Of a stretch of DNA of 32,000 bases, positions 15,716 through 25,392 are shown piece after piece; the stretch's first letter is position 1, and each line of letters starts with the position of its first letter. A model generated the notes under the pieces. The model saw only the letters and a program-made list of their open reading frames with translations. It ran no database searches and was not told the DNA's origin. The stretch is from contig JBGQBI010000001.1 in NCBI GenBank assembly GCA_041494705.1, positions 461,931 to 493,930 on the forward strand, written 5' to 3'. Source of the DNA: Candidatus Methanoperedens sp. (GTDB lineage: Archaea; Halobacteriota; Methanosarcinia; Methanosarcinales; Methanoperedenaceae). The translations under genes and the position numbers were made by a program.

Positions 15716-16021
15716 TTAATTATTGAGATACTTCTCTATCCTGTCAAGACCTTCTCTGATATTTTCAAGGCTGAACTTCTGGTTGTAATATTGCGCCACT
15801 GCTTCCCGGAGTTCCGGCAGACCCAAACTGTGGGTGTATTTTGTCTCACCTGCTTTCAGGGCATTGAACGCTGCCTCGCAGATGTGCGGCGCTGTGGGGA
15901 AATCGGGCTCGCCGATCTCAAGATGGATTATGCTTTTGCCTGCGCGCTCAAGTTCCTTCGCCCGCTCAAGGACTTCCATTACATAAAAAGGAGGGATTTT
16001 TTCTGATTTCCGGGAGAACAT
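15716..16021 (-). pseudogene. Remnant of a class I/II PLP-dependent aminotransferase with a large in-frame internal deletion
   Basis: The 101-aa ORF starts like an AspAT-family enzyme: IPPFYVMEVLERAKELERAGKSIIHLEIGEPDFPTAPHICEAAFNALKAGETKYTHSLGLPELREAVAQYYNQKF. It then jumps to a typical C-terminal tail, ENIREGLDRIEKYLNN. The roughly 270-290 aa central part, including the PLP-lysine region, is missing. The junction is near 15775. Confidence 0.6.
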
Positions 16022-16023
16022 TA

Positions 16024-17127
16024 CTAATACCGCTCCAGGATATTATACAGCGTATCCCGTTTCGCAACTGGGCGCCCCATTTTTTTCGCAATGTGCACAA
16101 ACTCATCTATGCTCTTGCTGTGGAAAGGCACGCCTGCCGCCCTGACAACGTTCTCTTCTATCATCGTCCCGCCAAGGTCGTTTGCCCCGTAATTCAACGC
16201 AACCTGGGCTACGGAAAGACCCTGCGTAACCCAGGATGCCTGTATGTTTTTAATATAGCCATTAAGAAGAATGCGAGATACTGCGACCATTTTCAGGTAA
16301 TCAACTCCTGTTGAAGTCCCGCTCAATTGCGTATTTTCCGGTTGAAAACTCCATGGTATGAAAGCTGTGAACCCGTTATATTTTTCCTGCATGTCGCGCA
16401 CGCGAAGGATGTGTTTCACCCTCTCCTCAAGCGTCTCGGCATGTCCGAATACCATGGTCGCTGTGGTCGGGATACCCAGCGAATGGGCAGCCAGCATGAC
16501 CTCCTCCCATTGCTTCCAGCCGATTTTATTGGGTGAGATGCTCTTTCGAACGCGGTCATCAAGGATTTCAGCCCCGCCGCCCGGTATGGAATCAAGCCCT
16601 GCGTCATGCAGGCGTGAAATCGTTTCCCTGATACTTGCCCCATATAACTTTGAGATATGCACGATTTCAGGCGGCGAGAAAGCATGCATCTGGACGTTAA
16701 ATCTTTTTTTAACCTGACGCAGCATCTCTTCGTAATAATCGATAGGTATATCGGGATTCAGCCCCCCTTGCAGGAGAATCTGTGTCGCTCCGAGCCTGAC
16801 CGCCTCATCGATTTTTGCCAGGATATCATCGATTGTCAGCACGTATGCATCCTTTGCATCACGTTCCCTGTAGAATGCACAGAACTTGCATTTTGAAGAG
16901 CATATATTGGTATAATTTATATTCCGGTCAACGACGAAAGTGACAAGCTCTCCTGCGCTTTGTTTTCTTAACTCGTCCGCTGCTGCGCCCAGAAGGTTAA
17001 GGTTGTTGCATTCAAGAAGCGAAACGCCTTCTTGCAGTCCAATTGGTTCATTATCAAGGGCACGCCTCAGGATTTCAGAAATGGCATCGTTATCCGAAAA
17101 TTTTTTTATTATTTCAAAATTTGTCAT
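16024..17127 (-). CDS. Radical SAM enzyme of the CofH/MqnC/MqnE family (best guess: cyclic dehypoxanthinyl futalosine synthase MqnC-like; an F420 FO-synthase CofH-like role is not excluded)
   Basis: 367 aa. Family hallmarks are VVDRNINYTNICSSKCKFCAFYR (CxxxCxxC), GATQILLQGGLNPDIPIDYY and the C-terminal YGANDLGGTMIEENVVRAAG. The start overlaps the upstream DHPS-like gene by 14 nt. Confidence 0.75.
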   Translation of the reverse strand: MTNFEIIKKFSDNDAISEILRRALDNEPIGLQEGVSLLECNNLNLLGAAADELRKQSAGELVTFVVDRNINYTNICSSKCKFCAFYRERDAKDAYVLTIDDILAKIDEAVRLGATQILLQGGLNPDIPIDYYEEMLRQVKKRFNVQMHAFSPPEIVHISKLYGASIRETISRLHDAGLDSIPGGGAEILDDRVRKSISPNKIGWKQWEEVMLAAHSLGIPTTATMVFGHAETLEERVKHILRVRDMQEKYNGFTAFIPWSFQPENTQLSGTSTGVDYLKMVAVSRILLNGYIKNIQASWVTQGLSVAQVALNYGANDLGGTMIEENVVRAAGVPFHSKSIDEFVHIAKKMGRPVAKRDTLYNILERY

Positions 17128-18595
17128 CCTGTGAATAGCTCCTCTTGAATTTCAGGGCAAGTTCGGCTTTCATTAGTTCTCTTCCGAGATAACCTGCATG
17201 GTCAAGGCGTGAAACAAGCCCAAGCCTTATGATTGTTTCAAGAACATCCTTTGCTGTTGTTCCTGCGATTGAATTATCATTATGCTTTACCACTATTTTT
17301 CCCGGAAGGATTTTTCCATTACGGTATTCCTCATCTGTAATCTCGATTTTAAAACAGCCTGCCGGGTCAAGATGCCATTTTCCGTTTCCTTTTGCTTCTG
17401 TTGCATTTTCAGGAAGCAAACCGAACTCCCGCCTTCTTTTCTCTTTTATCGAAAGCATATCAATCCCCAGGTCTTTCGGGGCGCTTCCCCGTTCTCTTGC
17501 AAGCATCATCATCATAGAGGCGGTTTTTAACTCTGATACGCTGTCATGGGCTTTTGAGCTGAATTCGGGTGTGAACAGGATGCTTGCGCCAAGCTCCATG
17601 GCAACACCCGATAGCATGGCATTCACCCCTATCGAATCCGCATCTATGAGTTCTGTCACATTGCCGATGCCAAAGAAAAGCGGCGTTTCCCGGTCGCGTT
17701 TCCTGAACTCGTAATACCTGTTAATGGATTCCACAAGACCGTGCCCCGCAGGTTCAAGCACAGGGTCGGCGATGATATTCTTGATGCCTGAATTTTGGGC
17801 ATATTCGATATTTTTAAATAAACTCTCCAGGTCCTCAACACAATCAGGAATTATTACAGCGGCGGCGGAATTTTGGACGATGTTATCTTTTACTTCATTG
17901 ATGTTTTCAGAGTTCAGGCTGAGCACGATATCTATCCCGGAGTCAAGAGCCGTATTGATTAGCACAGGGTCAAGAGTATCGATGCTCAAAGGGGCATCAG
18001 TCGCTGATTTTGCAGTTTCCACTGCTGCTCTCACTTTGTCAGGCTTTGTGTCAAGTGAAATCCCAAGGTCGATGATATCGGCTCCCCGTTTTACAAAATA
18101 GGAGATTTTTTTGGCAAGCTCGCTCCTGGTCAAATGCCCAGCATCCACTATCTCGGCCATCACCTTCATGCGGGAATTCCCGCCAAGTTTTACTCCTTTT
18201 AACGTTAAAGACGAAATTGACCTTTCTTCAATTTCGATTGTCTTTTCAAATGCGCTGCTTCGCCTGTTTTCCAACAACAGCTCACATGCAGGGATTTTTC
18301 TGGAAAAAGCGATTGCGTCTCCAAAGGAAAGAACAAAATCAAGATCAACCGCATGTTTCGGCCCGAGCCTTATTTGCGTGTTGAGTTCTTTTTCAAGTCC
18401 TGAAAAATCACCTGAGGCAAGGCCGGGAATGAGAACAAGGTCATATTTTTTGGCTGGCATTGAAAGGCGAAGAAGCGCGGGAGTAACAAAAGCCGCAACC
18501 TCTATATCCAGTACGAGAACATCGGCTTCATCCTGTACTGACTTTTTAACGGTATTCCCTGCCAGTTTCCCTGTTACTACGAGGATGTTTTTCAT
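17114..18595 (-). CDS. Dihydropteroate synthase-like (pterin-binding) protein, archaeal three-domain type with a DUF4346-like C-terminus
   Basis: 493 aa. The central TIM-barrel pterin-binding signature is VKRGADIIDLGISLD...PLSIDTLDP...IVLSLNSEN...ADPVLEP. The C-terminal GKWHLDPAGCFKIEI...GYLGRELMKAELAL resembles the DUF4346 domain fused to DHPS-like proteins in methanogens. I recognised the family from memory and have not searched. Confidence 0.65.
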   Translation of the reverse strand: MKNILVVTGKLAGNTVKKSVQDEADVLVLDIEVAAFVTPALLRLSMPAKKYDLVLIPGLASGDFSGLEKELNTQIRLGPKHAVDLDFVLSFGDAIAFSRKIPACELLLENRRSSAFEKTIEIEERSISSLTLKGVKLGGNSRMKVMAEIVDAGHLTRSELAKKISYFVKRGADIIDLGISLDTKPDKVRAAVETAKSATDAPLSIDTLDPVLINTALDSGIDIVLSLNSENINEVKDNIVQNSAAAVIIPDCVEDLESLFKNIEYAQNSGIKNIIADPVLEPAGHGLVESINRYYEFRKRDRETPLFFGIGNVTELIDADSIGVNAMLSGVAMELGASILFTPEFSSKAHDSVSELKTASMMMMLARERGSAPKDLGIDMLSIKEKRRREFGLLPENATEAKGNGKWHLDPAGCFKIEITDEEYRNGKILPGKIVVKHNDNSIAGTTAKDVLETIIRLGLVSRLDHAGYLGRELMKAELALKFKRSYSQDDKF

Positions 18596-19224
18596 GCCAG
18601 ATTGAATATTCCTTTAATTCCGGTAGAGATAAAATCAACCGCTATAGCCGCCAGGAAAAGACCCATCAATCGTGTCATTACAAGCATGCCTGTCATCCCG
18701 ACCACCCTGTTAAAGTAATCTGAAAACCTGAAGATTAAAAATGTAAAAATAAAAGTGAGCAGTATTGCGCCTATGACCACCAGTTTTAAGTCGAGGCTGT
18801 CTGCAGTCTTTATCAATACTATTATTGTCGTAATCGCTCCCGGTCCTGTCAGGAGGGGCATTGCTATCGGGAATATCGATATGTTTTCTCTTTGCGCCGC
18901 ATCTTTTAATTCCTCGGATGTAATGCTTTCACGCGTGGTTCTTGCAAACAGCATGTCTATCGCTACAAGGAAAAGTAAGACGCCGCCCGCCACTCTTAAG
19001 GAATGGACTGTTATATTAAAAAGGTTTAAAATAATGTCTCCTAATACGGAAAAGATAATAGCAATAATGCAGGCGACCAGTACCGACCGCTTTGCCACAT
19101 AGATTTTGTCAGCCTTGGTCATGTGTGTGGTCATTGAAATAAAAGCCATCACACCGCTGACCGGATTGACGATTGCAAAGATGGATGTAAAGGCATAAAT
19201 GAAGAAGGTAAGCTCCGGTGTCAT
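18592..19224 (-). CDS. marC: MarC family (UPF0056) integral membrane protein
   Basis: 210 aa with about 6 TM segments. The N-terminal FAIVNPVSGVMAFISMT motif is typical of the MarC/UPF0056 family. Its stop overlaps the start of the DHPS-like gene in an ATGA at 18592-18595. Confidence 0.75.
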   Translation of the reverse strand: MTPELTFFIYAFTSIFAIVNPVSGVMAFISMTTHMTKADKIYVAKRSVLVACIIAIIFSVLGDIILNLFNITVHSLRVAGGVLLFLVAIDMLFARTTRESITSEELKDAAQRENISIFPIAMPLLTGPGAITTIIVLIKTADSLDLKLVVIGAILLTFIFTFLIFRFSDYFNRVVGMTGMLVMTRLMGLFLAAIAVDFISTGIKGIFNLA

Positions 19225-19350
19225 TACTAATACTATTCTTTAAATGCTATTGAAGGTTTTGGATAGACGGGTTATTTCCGGAAGTCCCTGGAAAATGAAA
19301 AGAAACGGTCTCTGAATTTAGAAAAGGATAAGTGGAAGGAGCGAGCATAT

Positions 19351-20022
19351 TTGTTTATTATGCACACCACCGAGGTTCCTATTGGATATGACGTTCTGGA
19401 AGTGAACTCAGAACTTGCACGGCGCAACCGTGATGCCCTGGAAAAACATGGTATTACGGCTTTTAACATAATGGGCGCCATTGGCTCAGGCAAGACGTTG
19501 TTGATTGAAAAAACAATCGAGCGGCTTGGAAAAAGCCAGAGGATTGGCGCCATTGCCGGGGATGTGATAGCGCGGATAGATGCCGCGCGATTTGAAAAGT
19601 ATGGAATCCCGACCATAGGGTTAAACACAGGGAAAGAGTGCCATCTTGACGCGCATCTTGTCGAGCATGGGCTTCTGGAACTCCCGCTTGATTCCCTTGA
19701 TATCCTTTTTATTGAAAACGTGGGGAATCTTATATGCCCTGCCGACTTTGAACTTGGTGAACATAAAAAGGTCGTGATTGTAAGCGTCAGCGAGGGCGAT
19801 GATATTGTGGAAAAGCATCCATTGATTTTCAGCACGGCTGACCTTATTATTGTGAATAAGATAGATATCGCGGAAGCTGTGAATGCGGATGCCGATAAAA
19901 TGGTTAGTGATGCCAGGCTCATCAATCCGCGCATTGATGTTTTGAAGATGAGCCTTAAGACTGGCGAGGGTTTTGGCGAGTGGGTGGATTTTGTGAAGAG
20001 GTCTCACGAGCGCAGGGGTTAG
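19351..20022 (+). CDS. hypB: Hydrogenase/urease-type nickel-insertion GTPase HypB
   Basis: It has the P-loop GAIGSGKT, the ENVGNLICPADFELGE motif and the NKID guanine-specificity motif (IIVNKIDIAEAV). Its length of about 220 aa is typical of archaeal HypB, which lacks a His-rich N-terminus. Confidence 0.9.
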   Translation: MFIMHTTEVPIGYDVLEVNSELARRNRDALEKHGITAFNIMGAIGSGKTLLIEKTIERLGKSQRIGAIAGDVIARIDAARFEKYGIPTIGLNTGKECHLDAHLVEHGLLELPLDSLDILFIENVGNLICPADFELGEHKKVVIVSVSEGDDIVEKHPLIFSTADLIIVNKIDIAEAVNADADKMVSDARLINPRIDVLKMSLKTGEGFGEWVDFVKRSHERRG

Positions 20023-20218
20023 GCACTGGTGATGAGGTGGGGTTGGAGAGAAGTATTTTTCAGACATCGTATTGTAAGAAAAAATAGGAATAGTCCCGCA
20101 TATTCCTAAAAATGCTATACAGGCCTCGTACATCGTACGGGGTTTGTGACTCCCTCCAAAATCCAACAGGAAAATATATCAGGCATAGCAGGAAACTATT
20201 GAACACGGAGTAATCAAT

Positions 20219-20713
20219 ATGACAACACAGGACAACTTAAAAGAAGCCTTCGCAGGAGAATCGCAGGCGAACAGGAAATATCTTGCTTTTGCAGAAAAGG
20301 CGGACCAGGAGGGTTACAAACAGGTGGCAAAGCTGTTTCGGGCAGCCGCCGCAGCCGAGACAGTCCATGCGCTTAACCACCTCCATGTGATGGGAGGAGT
20401 AGAGAAAACTTCCGATAACCTGAAAAGCGCTATTGATGGGGAAACCACGGAATTCAGGGAGATGTACCCGAATTTCATAGAACAGGCAAAAAAAGAGAAA
20501 GCCCAAGATGCCGCAATTCTCAGTTTCGACGTGGCAAACAAAGTCGAGAAAATCCACGCAGGTCTTTACAAACAGGCTCTTGACAACCTCGGCAAGAACA
20601 AGGTAGTCGATTATTATGTCTGCTCAATATGCGGAAATACGGTGGAAGGAAGCGCGCCCGAGCGGTGTCCCATCTGCAATGCCCCGAAAGAGATGTTCAG
20701 GAAGGTTGACTGA
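20219..20713 (+). CDS. rbr: Rubrerythrin
   Basis: The N-terminal ferritin-like diiron domain reads NLKEAFAGESQANRKYLAFA...ETVHA...GETTEF...EKIHA. The C-terminal rubredoxin-like domain reads CSICGN...CPICNAP. A GGAG sequence lies 8 nt upstream of the ATG. Confidence 0.92.
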   Translation: MTTQDNLKEAFAGESQANRKYLAFAEKADQEGYKQVAKLFRAAAAAETVHALNHLHVMGGVEKTSDNLKSAIDGETTEFREMYPNFIEQAKKEKAQDAAILSFDVANKVEKIHAGLYKQALDNLGKNKVVDYYVCSICGNTVEGSAPERCPICNAPKEMFRKVD

Positions 20714-20725
20714 AAAGGCGATACA

Positions 20726-21166
20726 ATGGCAAAGAAACTTGCGGTAATATACGGCACCGGGTTTGGCAACACCGGCATCATGGCAAAAGCCATAGAGGAA
20801 GGAGCAAGAGGCGCAGGCATTGAGGTTATTATTAAGAAAGTGGAGGAGGCTTCACCGGCTGATGTGGAAAAAGCGGATGCCATCGCCATAGGTTCCCCCA
20901 CATACAAAGGCGCGGGTATGCCCACCGTGATCAGATTCGTGGAAAGTCTGTCAAAAATCCCGCTCAAAGGCAAGGTAGGAGCGGCTTTTGGTTCATACGG
21001 TTGGAGCGGGGAGGCGGCTGGCGTGATAAGCAAGATGCTGAAAAGCTATGGCATGGATGTCATAGAGCCTGACCTTCGGATAAAACGCATACCTGAGGCA
21101 GAGGGCATAGAAACCTGTAGGGAACTGGGTAAAGTAATTGCCAAAAGATTAAGAAATGTGGCGTAA
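20726..21166 (+). CDS. Flavodoxin-like FMN-binding protein
   Basis: 146 aa. MAKKLAVIYGTGFGNTGIMAKAIEEG is a flavodoxin phosphate-binding loop, and GSPTYKGAGMP and GSYGWSGEA motifs follow. It starts 12 nt downstream of rubrerythrin. Confidence 0.8.
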   Translation: MAKKLAVIYGTGFGNTGIMAKAIEEGARGAGIEVIIKKVEEASPADVEKADAIAIGSPTYKGAGMPTVIRFVESLSKIPLKGKVGAAFGSYGWSGEAAGVISKMLKSYGMDVIEPDLRIKRIPEAEGIETCRELGKVIAKRLRNVA

Positions 21167-21196
21167 ATTTTTGGTTCCCAATCCAGTTAAAAAAAG

Positions 21197-22021
21197 ATGA
21201 AACACGAAAGCCTCAAAAAAGAGATTTTAAGATTATGCAGGAGTCTTGGGATTCCCATGGCAGGTTTTGCTCCTGTCGGGAGATGGGAGCATCCGCCAAA
21301 AGAACTGCCAAATTCTCTTTCGCCCTGGATTCCAGAGGAATTCTGGCCGCATTCCATATATCCCGAAGCAAAAACGGTGATTGTGATAGGTCTTCCTGTA
21401 TCCCTGCCCATTGTGGAAACAGCGCCCTCAATATATTACCATGAACTTTATAAAACCGTGAATTCGATGCTGGACTCAAAAGCATATGAAATTTCAAATT
21501 ACCTCAATGAAAAAGGCTTTGGCGCTATTTATCTGCCGCGGGATGCTTATGGCGATATAAAAATCCTGATTGACAAACCATTTGCTTTTTTTTCACACAA
21601 GCATGCAGCATATCTTGCGGGGTTGGGCTCTTTCGGGCATAACAATGTTCTCCTGACCCCCGAATATGGGCCGAGGGTCAGGTTTACTTCCATATTCACG
21701 ACCGCCAAAATTAAGGGAGACCGGATTAAAACAAAAGACCTGTGCATACATTGCCTTCTCTGTGTGAAGAACTGTCCTGTAGGCGCGATACCAAAAAATG
21801 GGGATTTCCCGCCGCCTGTGGATAAGAAGCTCTGTGCGATAAGGAGCGCGGAACTTCGGGATGAATATAAGTCACCATGCGGCATCTGCATCAAGGTCTG
21901 CCCTGTGGGGCGGGACAGGGAATTGTTCGGCCGGAAGAATATGGCGATATATTCAAACAGTAAAAAGTTTGAGAAATATCACGATGCCTGGGAGCATGTG
22001 AGAAAATACGGAAGTAAATAA
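21197..22021 (+). CDS. QueG-like (COG1600, epoxyqueuosine-reductase family) 2x[4Fe-4S] protein
   Basis: SHKHAAYLAGLGSFGHNNVLLTPEYGPRVRF is characteristic of the QueG/RdhA-like fold. Two ferredoxin-type motifs follow: CIHCLLCVKNCP and CGICIKVCP. Confidence 0.65.
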   Translation: MKHESLKKEILRLCRSLGIPMAGFAPVGRWEHPPKELPNSLSPWIPEEFWPHSIYPEAKTVIVIGLPVSLPIVETAPSIYYHELYKTVNSMLDSKAYEISNYLNEKGFGAIYLPRDAYGDIKILIDKPFAFFSHKHAAYLAGLGSFGHNNVLLTPEYGPRVRFTSIFTTAKIKGDRIKTKDLCIHCLLCVKNCPVGAIPKNGDFPPPVDKKLCAIRSAELRDEYKSPCGICIKVCPVGRDRELFGRKNMAIYSNSKKFEKYHDAWEHVRKYGSK

Positions 22022-22126
22022 ATGATGCGCGACGGGATGATTGCAAGCGATACCAAAGTGATTGAGAAGCAAAAAGATACCCAAACCGAGAAAGTATAAT
22101 AATCTAAAACATGTATTAAGCAGCAC

Positions 22127-23881
22127 ATGGCTGACAAATACGAACAGGTGCTTGAACTTGCAAAGCGCCGGGGATTTATCTGGAATTCATTTGAGTTATA
22201 CGGCGGTACAGCGGGTTTTTATGATTACGGGCCGCTTGGCGCCATGCTAAAACGGCGCGTTGAGAATATCTGGCGGGACATATTCGTGATAAACGAAGGA
22301 TATTACGAGATAGAGGCGCCCACTATCGGAATAGAAGATGTTTTCATAGCCTCCGGGCATGTGGGCGGATTCTCTGACCCGCTTACCGAATGCCAGAAAT
22401 GCAAAGAAGCCTTCAGGGCTGACCATCTTGTCCAGGATGTTGTGGAAAACCCGGATACATTAAGCGCTGACGACCTGTCAGTGGTTATAGGTGAAAACAA
22501 TATCAAATGCCCGGAATGCGGCGGGCAGCTCGGCAAAGTCTATGAGTTCAATTTGATGTTCAAAACCTCAATCGGCCCGGGCGGGAAGCGTGCCGGCTAT
22601 CTCAGACCTGAAACGGCGCAGGGGATGTTCGTGGATTTCCCGCGCCTCCTCAAATTCTACCGTGACCACCTGCCTTTCGGCGCCACGCAAATAGGAAAAG
22701 CATACCGTAATGAAATCTCCCCGCGACAGGGTGTTATCCGCCTCCGGGAATTCACGCAGGCAGAGGCTGAAATATTCATTGACCCGAGGGACAAGACCCA
22801 CCCGAAATTCAAGGAAATTGAAAATATCGAATTAAATCTTTATACACGGGAGGATCAGGTAGCTGGTGCAGTGTCTCACACAATGTCACTTGGTGATGCT
22901 GTTAAGTTTGGTTGGATTGCACATGAATTCTTGGCATATTGTCTTGCCATGACATACCGGTTCCTTATCCGGGTCGGTGTATTGCCGGATAAACTGCGCT
23001 TCAGGCAGCACATGAAGGATGAAATGGCTCATTATGCAGCTGATTGCTGGGATGCGGAGATATCGAGCGACAGGTTTGGATGGGTAGAAGTTGTGGGCAT
23101 TGCTGACAGGACTGATTATGACCTGAAAGCCCATGCAAAGCAGAGCGAGAAGGAATTATCGGTGTATGTCTCCTACGATGTCCCTAAAAAAATCGAGCGT
23201 TTCGTTGTCAAACCAGATATGGGGATTCTCGGCCCGAAGTTCAAAGGAAAAGCAGGGAAAATCGCAAATGCATTAAAGGCATTAAAAGCCGGAGAGCTTT
23301 CAGGCGACGTGATTGAATTAACAATCGATGGCGAGCAGATTAAAATTGAGAAGGACGCGGTAAAATTTGAAAGCATAACCGAGGAAGTGCATGGTGAAAA
23401 TATCATACCGCATGTGATTGAACCTTCATTCGGGATTGACAGGATAATGTATTCTGTTCTTGAACATTCATATTTTGAAGAAGAGGCAGGAAAAGAAGAA
23501 GGAATAGAGGAGGAAGAGAAGAGAATAGTGCTTCGCCTGCCGCCTGAGGTTGCGCCGGTGCAGGCTGCGGTGCTGCCGCTTCTTTCGCGTGAAGAATTGA
23601 TTAAGCCGGGAAATGAGATTGTCGCAGCGCTTCGGAAAGCCGGGATTCTTGTGGCTTTTGACGATTCGGGAACCATCGGCAGGCGCTACCGGAGAAACGA
23701 TGAAATCGGCACGCCGTTTTCGATAACTGTGGATTACCAGACACTTGATGATGGCACGGTTACAATCAGGGACAGGGATTCGATGAAGCAGGTGCGTGCA
23801 GGCATGAGTGAAATTGCGGACAATATATATGACCTGATTTATGGTGGAAAATCCTTTGAGGATGCAGGTAAAAGGATTTAA
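22127..23881 (+). CDS. glyS: Glycine--tRNA ligase, archaeal/eukaryotic alpha2 type
   Basis: 584 aa. Family-typical segments are RRGFIWNSFELYGGTAGFYDYGPLG, YLRPETAQGMF, REFTQAEAEIF, PHVIEPSFGIDR and the anticodon-binding C-terminus IGRRYRRNDEIGTPF. Confidence 0.95.
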   Translation: MADKYEQVLELAKRRGFIWNSFELYGGTAGFYDYGPLGAMLKRRVENIWRDIFVINEGYYEIEAPTIGIEDVFIASGHVGGFSDPLTECQKCKEAFRADHLVQDVVENPDTLSADDLSVVIGENNIKCPECGGQLGKVYEFNLMFKTSIGPGGKRAGYLRPETAQGMFVDFPRLLKFYRDHLPFGATQIGKAYRNEISPRQGVIRLREFTQAEAEIFIDPRDKTHPKFKEIENIELNLYTREDQVAGAVSHTMSLGDAVKFGWIAHEFLAYCLAMTYRFLIRVGVLPDKLRFRQHMKDEMAHYAADCWDAEISSDRFGWVEVVGIADRTDYDLKAHAKQSEKELSVYVSYDVPKKIERFVVKPDMGILGPKFKGKAGKIANALKALKAGELSGDVIELTIDGEQIKIEKDAVKFESITEEVHGENIIPHVIEPSFGIDRIMYSVLEHSYFEEEAGKEEGIEEEEKRIVLRLPPEVAPVQAAVLPLLSREELIKPGNEIVAALRKAGILVAFDDSGTIGRRYRRNDEIGTPFSITVDYQTLDDGTVTIRDRDSMKQVRAGMSEIADNIYDLIYGGKSFEDAGKRI

Positions 23882-23978
23882 TTGCGTTCTATGGTCGTCT
23901 TTCATGCATCCATAATTATGCTGAATTCGGGCACGGAAAAGTGAATCGGAAAACATAAATATCATTTGTCCTTAGTAT

Positions 23979-24431
23979 ATGAAGGCGGTAAGAATGATGG
24001 ATATAAGAAAAAAAATATGGGGCGGAAACATAACACCGGCAACCAGAGATTACCTAATAGGCTTCGGTTGGATTTTTTCTGTCATCTATGCCATGTATTA
24101 TTACACACGGACAGATACGCCAATGACGCCTACACCAGTAGCTTTATTAGTTATCATTTTTATCCCATTGCTCATTTTCATCGCACGAAGTAGCCGCGAA
24201 GATAGACGTGCCCTATTTGTCTTCTTCCTATTGTTTCTTGCTATCCTTAGCATGACATATGTCGTGCGATATATAAATAACTCCCAACTATGGAGGTATG
24301 AAGACCTGACTTGGCTCTTTCTTTTCCTGCTCCTCTATAGCGCGCGAAGTATTAGATTCACTATCTCAGAAATAATATCTCACGCACGGAGACTTGCACT
24401 TGTTGTCATGCGTTTCAATCGGAAAGCATAA
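23979..24431 (+). CDS. Hypothetical small membrane protein (about 4 TM)
   Basis: 150-aa ORF with hydrophobic segments (LIGFGWIFSVIYAMYYY, ALLVIIFIPLLIFIA, LFVFFLLFLAILSMTYVV, LTWLFLFLLLY). I recognised no family. It lies in an AT-rich stretch. Confidence 0.45.
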   Translation: MKAVRMMDIRKKIWGGNITPATRDYLIGFGWIFSVIYAMYYYTRTDTPMTPTPVALLVIIFIPLLIFIARSSREDRRALFVFFLLFLAILSMTYVVRYINNSQLWRYEDLTWLFLFLLLYSARSIRFTISEIISHARRLALVVMRFNRKA

Positions 24432-24618
24432 CTAACTTTTGTTCTTGTTAGCTTTGTCCGATAAGTAGCTTCTATCCGAAAAGTGGTTTTGAGGTTCTGT
24501 TAAGTCTGTGAGTGGTCAGAATCGCTGTTAAGCATCGAGAGGTAAACCATAAATATCATCATGTTCTTTTAAATGACGGTGGTATAAATGCTGCCTTCTT
24601 CAGTACTTAGAGGTTGTA

Positions 24619-25245
24619 ATGAACAATCAAGATAAATGGGAGATGTTTGTACATGCAGTAATCACCGTAATCGGGATAATAATAGTTGCAGGTTTGGTAT
24701 TTAAGCCAGACAACTCCTCAGACGTACGACATGTTACATACCTGTCTTTTGCTGTTGTTGTTATAATAGTTACTATCGTCTCAGATTTTGAATACAAGAA
24801 GGTGTGGACTTGGGAAAACCGGATGGAAAATGCTGGGGTTGGTATTTTCATATCATTTTTTTTGGATGGACTTATGAATAGCTACTCAGTACCTGGTGGG
24901 TATACGTATATGGAGGATTATCAACAGCAGGCGTATGGATATGTGGATGAGGCAGGACTACAGTCTATTTTCTATATTATAATATTACTTATGGTGGTTT
25001 ATTTTTATTTAAACTATTCAATATTCTGGGAACATAAAGGATATGGAAGTGAGAACATGCAAGAACGTGTGGATATGCAAAAATATAGAGATTTAGCCCG
25101 CCAGAATTTGCCACGTCCGAACCCCTCTACGATTTATTATGTCAAAGAGATACCAGTTCGAAGTATTGATAGCTTTGCTATACAAATTTATGGAAAGCCA
25201 TTTGACCAACTAACCAGCGACCAGAAGGAAAAACTAAAGAAATAA
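24619..25245 (+). CDS. Hypothetical membrane protein with a charged C-terminal tail
   Basis: 208-aa ORF with about 4 TM segments followed by a soluble Lys/Gln-rich tail (RVDMQKYRDLARQN...LTSDQKEKLKK). I recognised no family. Confidence 0.5.
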   Translation: MNNQDKWEMFVHAVITVIGIIIVAGLVFKPDNSSDVRHVTYLSFAVVVIIVTIVSDFEYKKVWTWENRMENAGVGIFISFFLDGLMNSYSVPGGYTYMEDYQQQAYGYVDEAGLQSIFYIIILLMVVYFYLNYSIFWEHKGYGSENMQERVDMQKYRDLARQNLPRPNPSTIYYVKEIPVRSIDSFAIQIYGKPFDQLTSDQKEKLKK

Positions 25246-25392
25246 GTGTATGGAAAAATATTATATAGAAGTGTAACTATATTATTTTTAATGATTCCTT
25301 TATTTAAAAATAAAGGATGATGGAAATCTACGAAAATATAAACAAACATCATTCAAATAAAATATAAAACGAATGACTAAAAGAGAGATAAT

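Noticed and set aside
19272-20166. Minus-strand ORFs of 220 aa (19272-19934) and 181 aa (19621-20166) overlapping hypB
   Set aside because: They are antisense to a confidently identified HypB, and Ser/Arg/Phe-rich low-complexity translations are typical of reverse frames. The same reasoning applies to 17229-18605 (+) opposite the DHPS-like gene, 20237-21033 (-) opposite rubrerythrin and flavodoxin, and 22303-23965 (-) opposite glyS.
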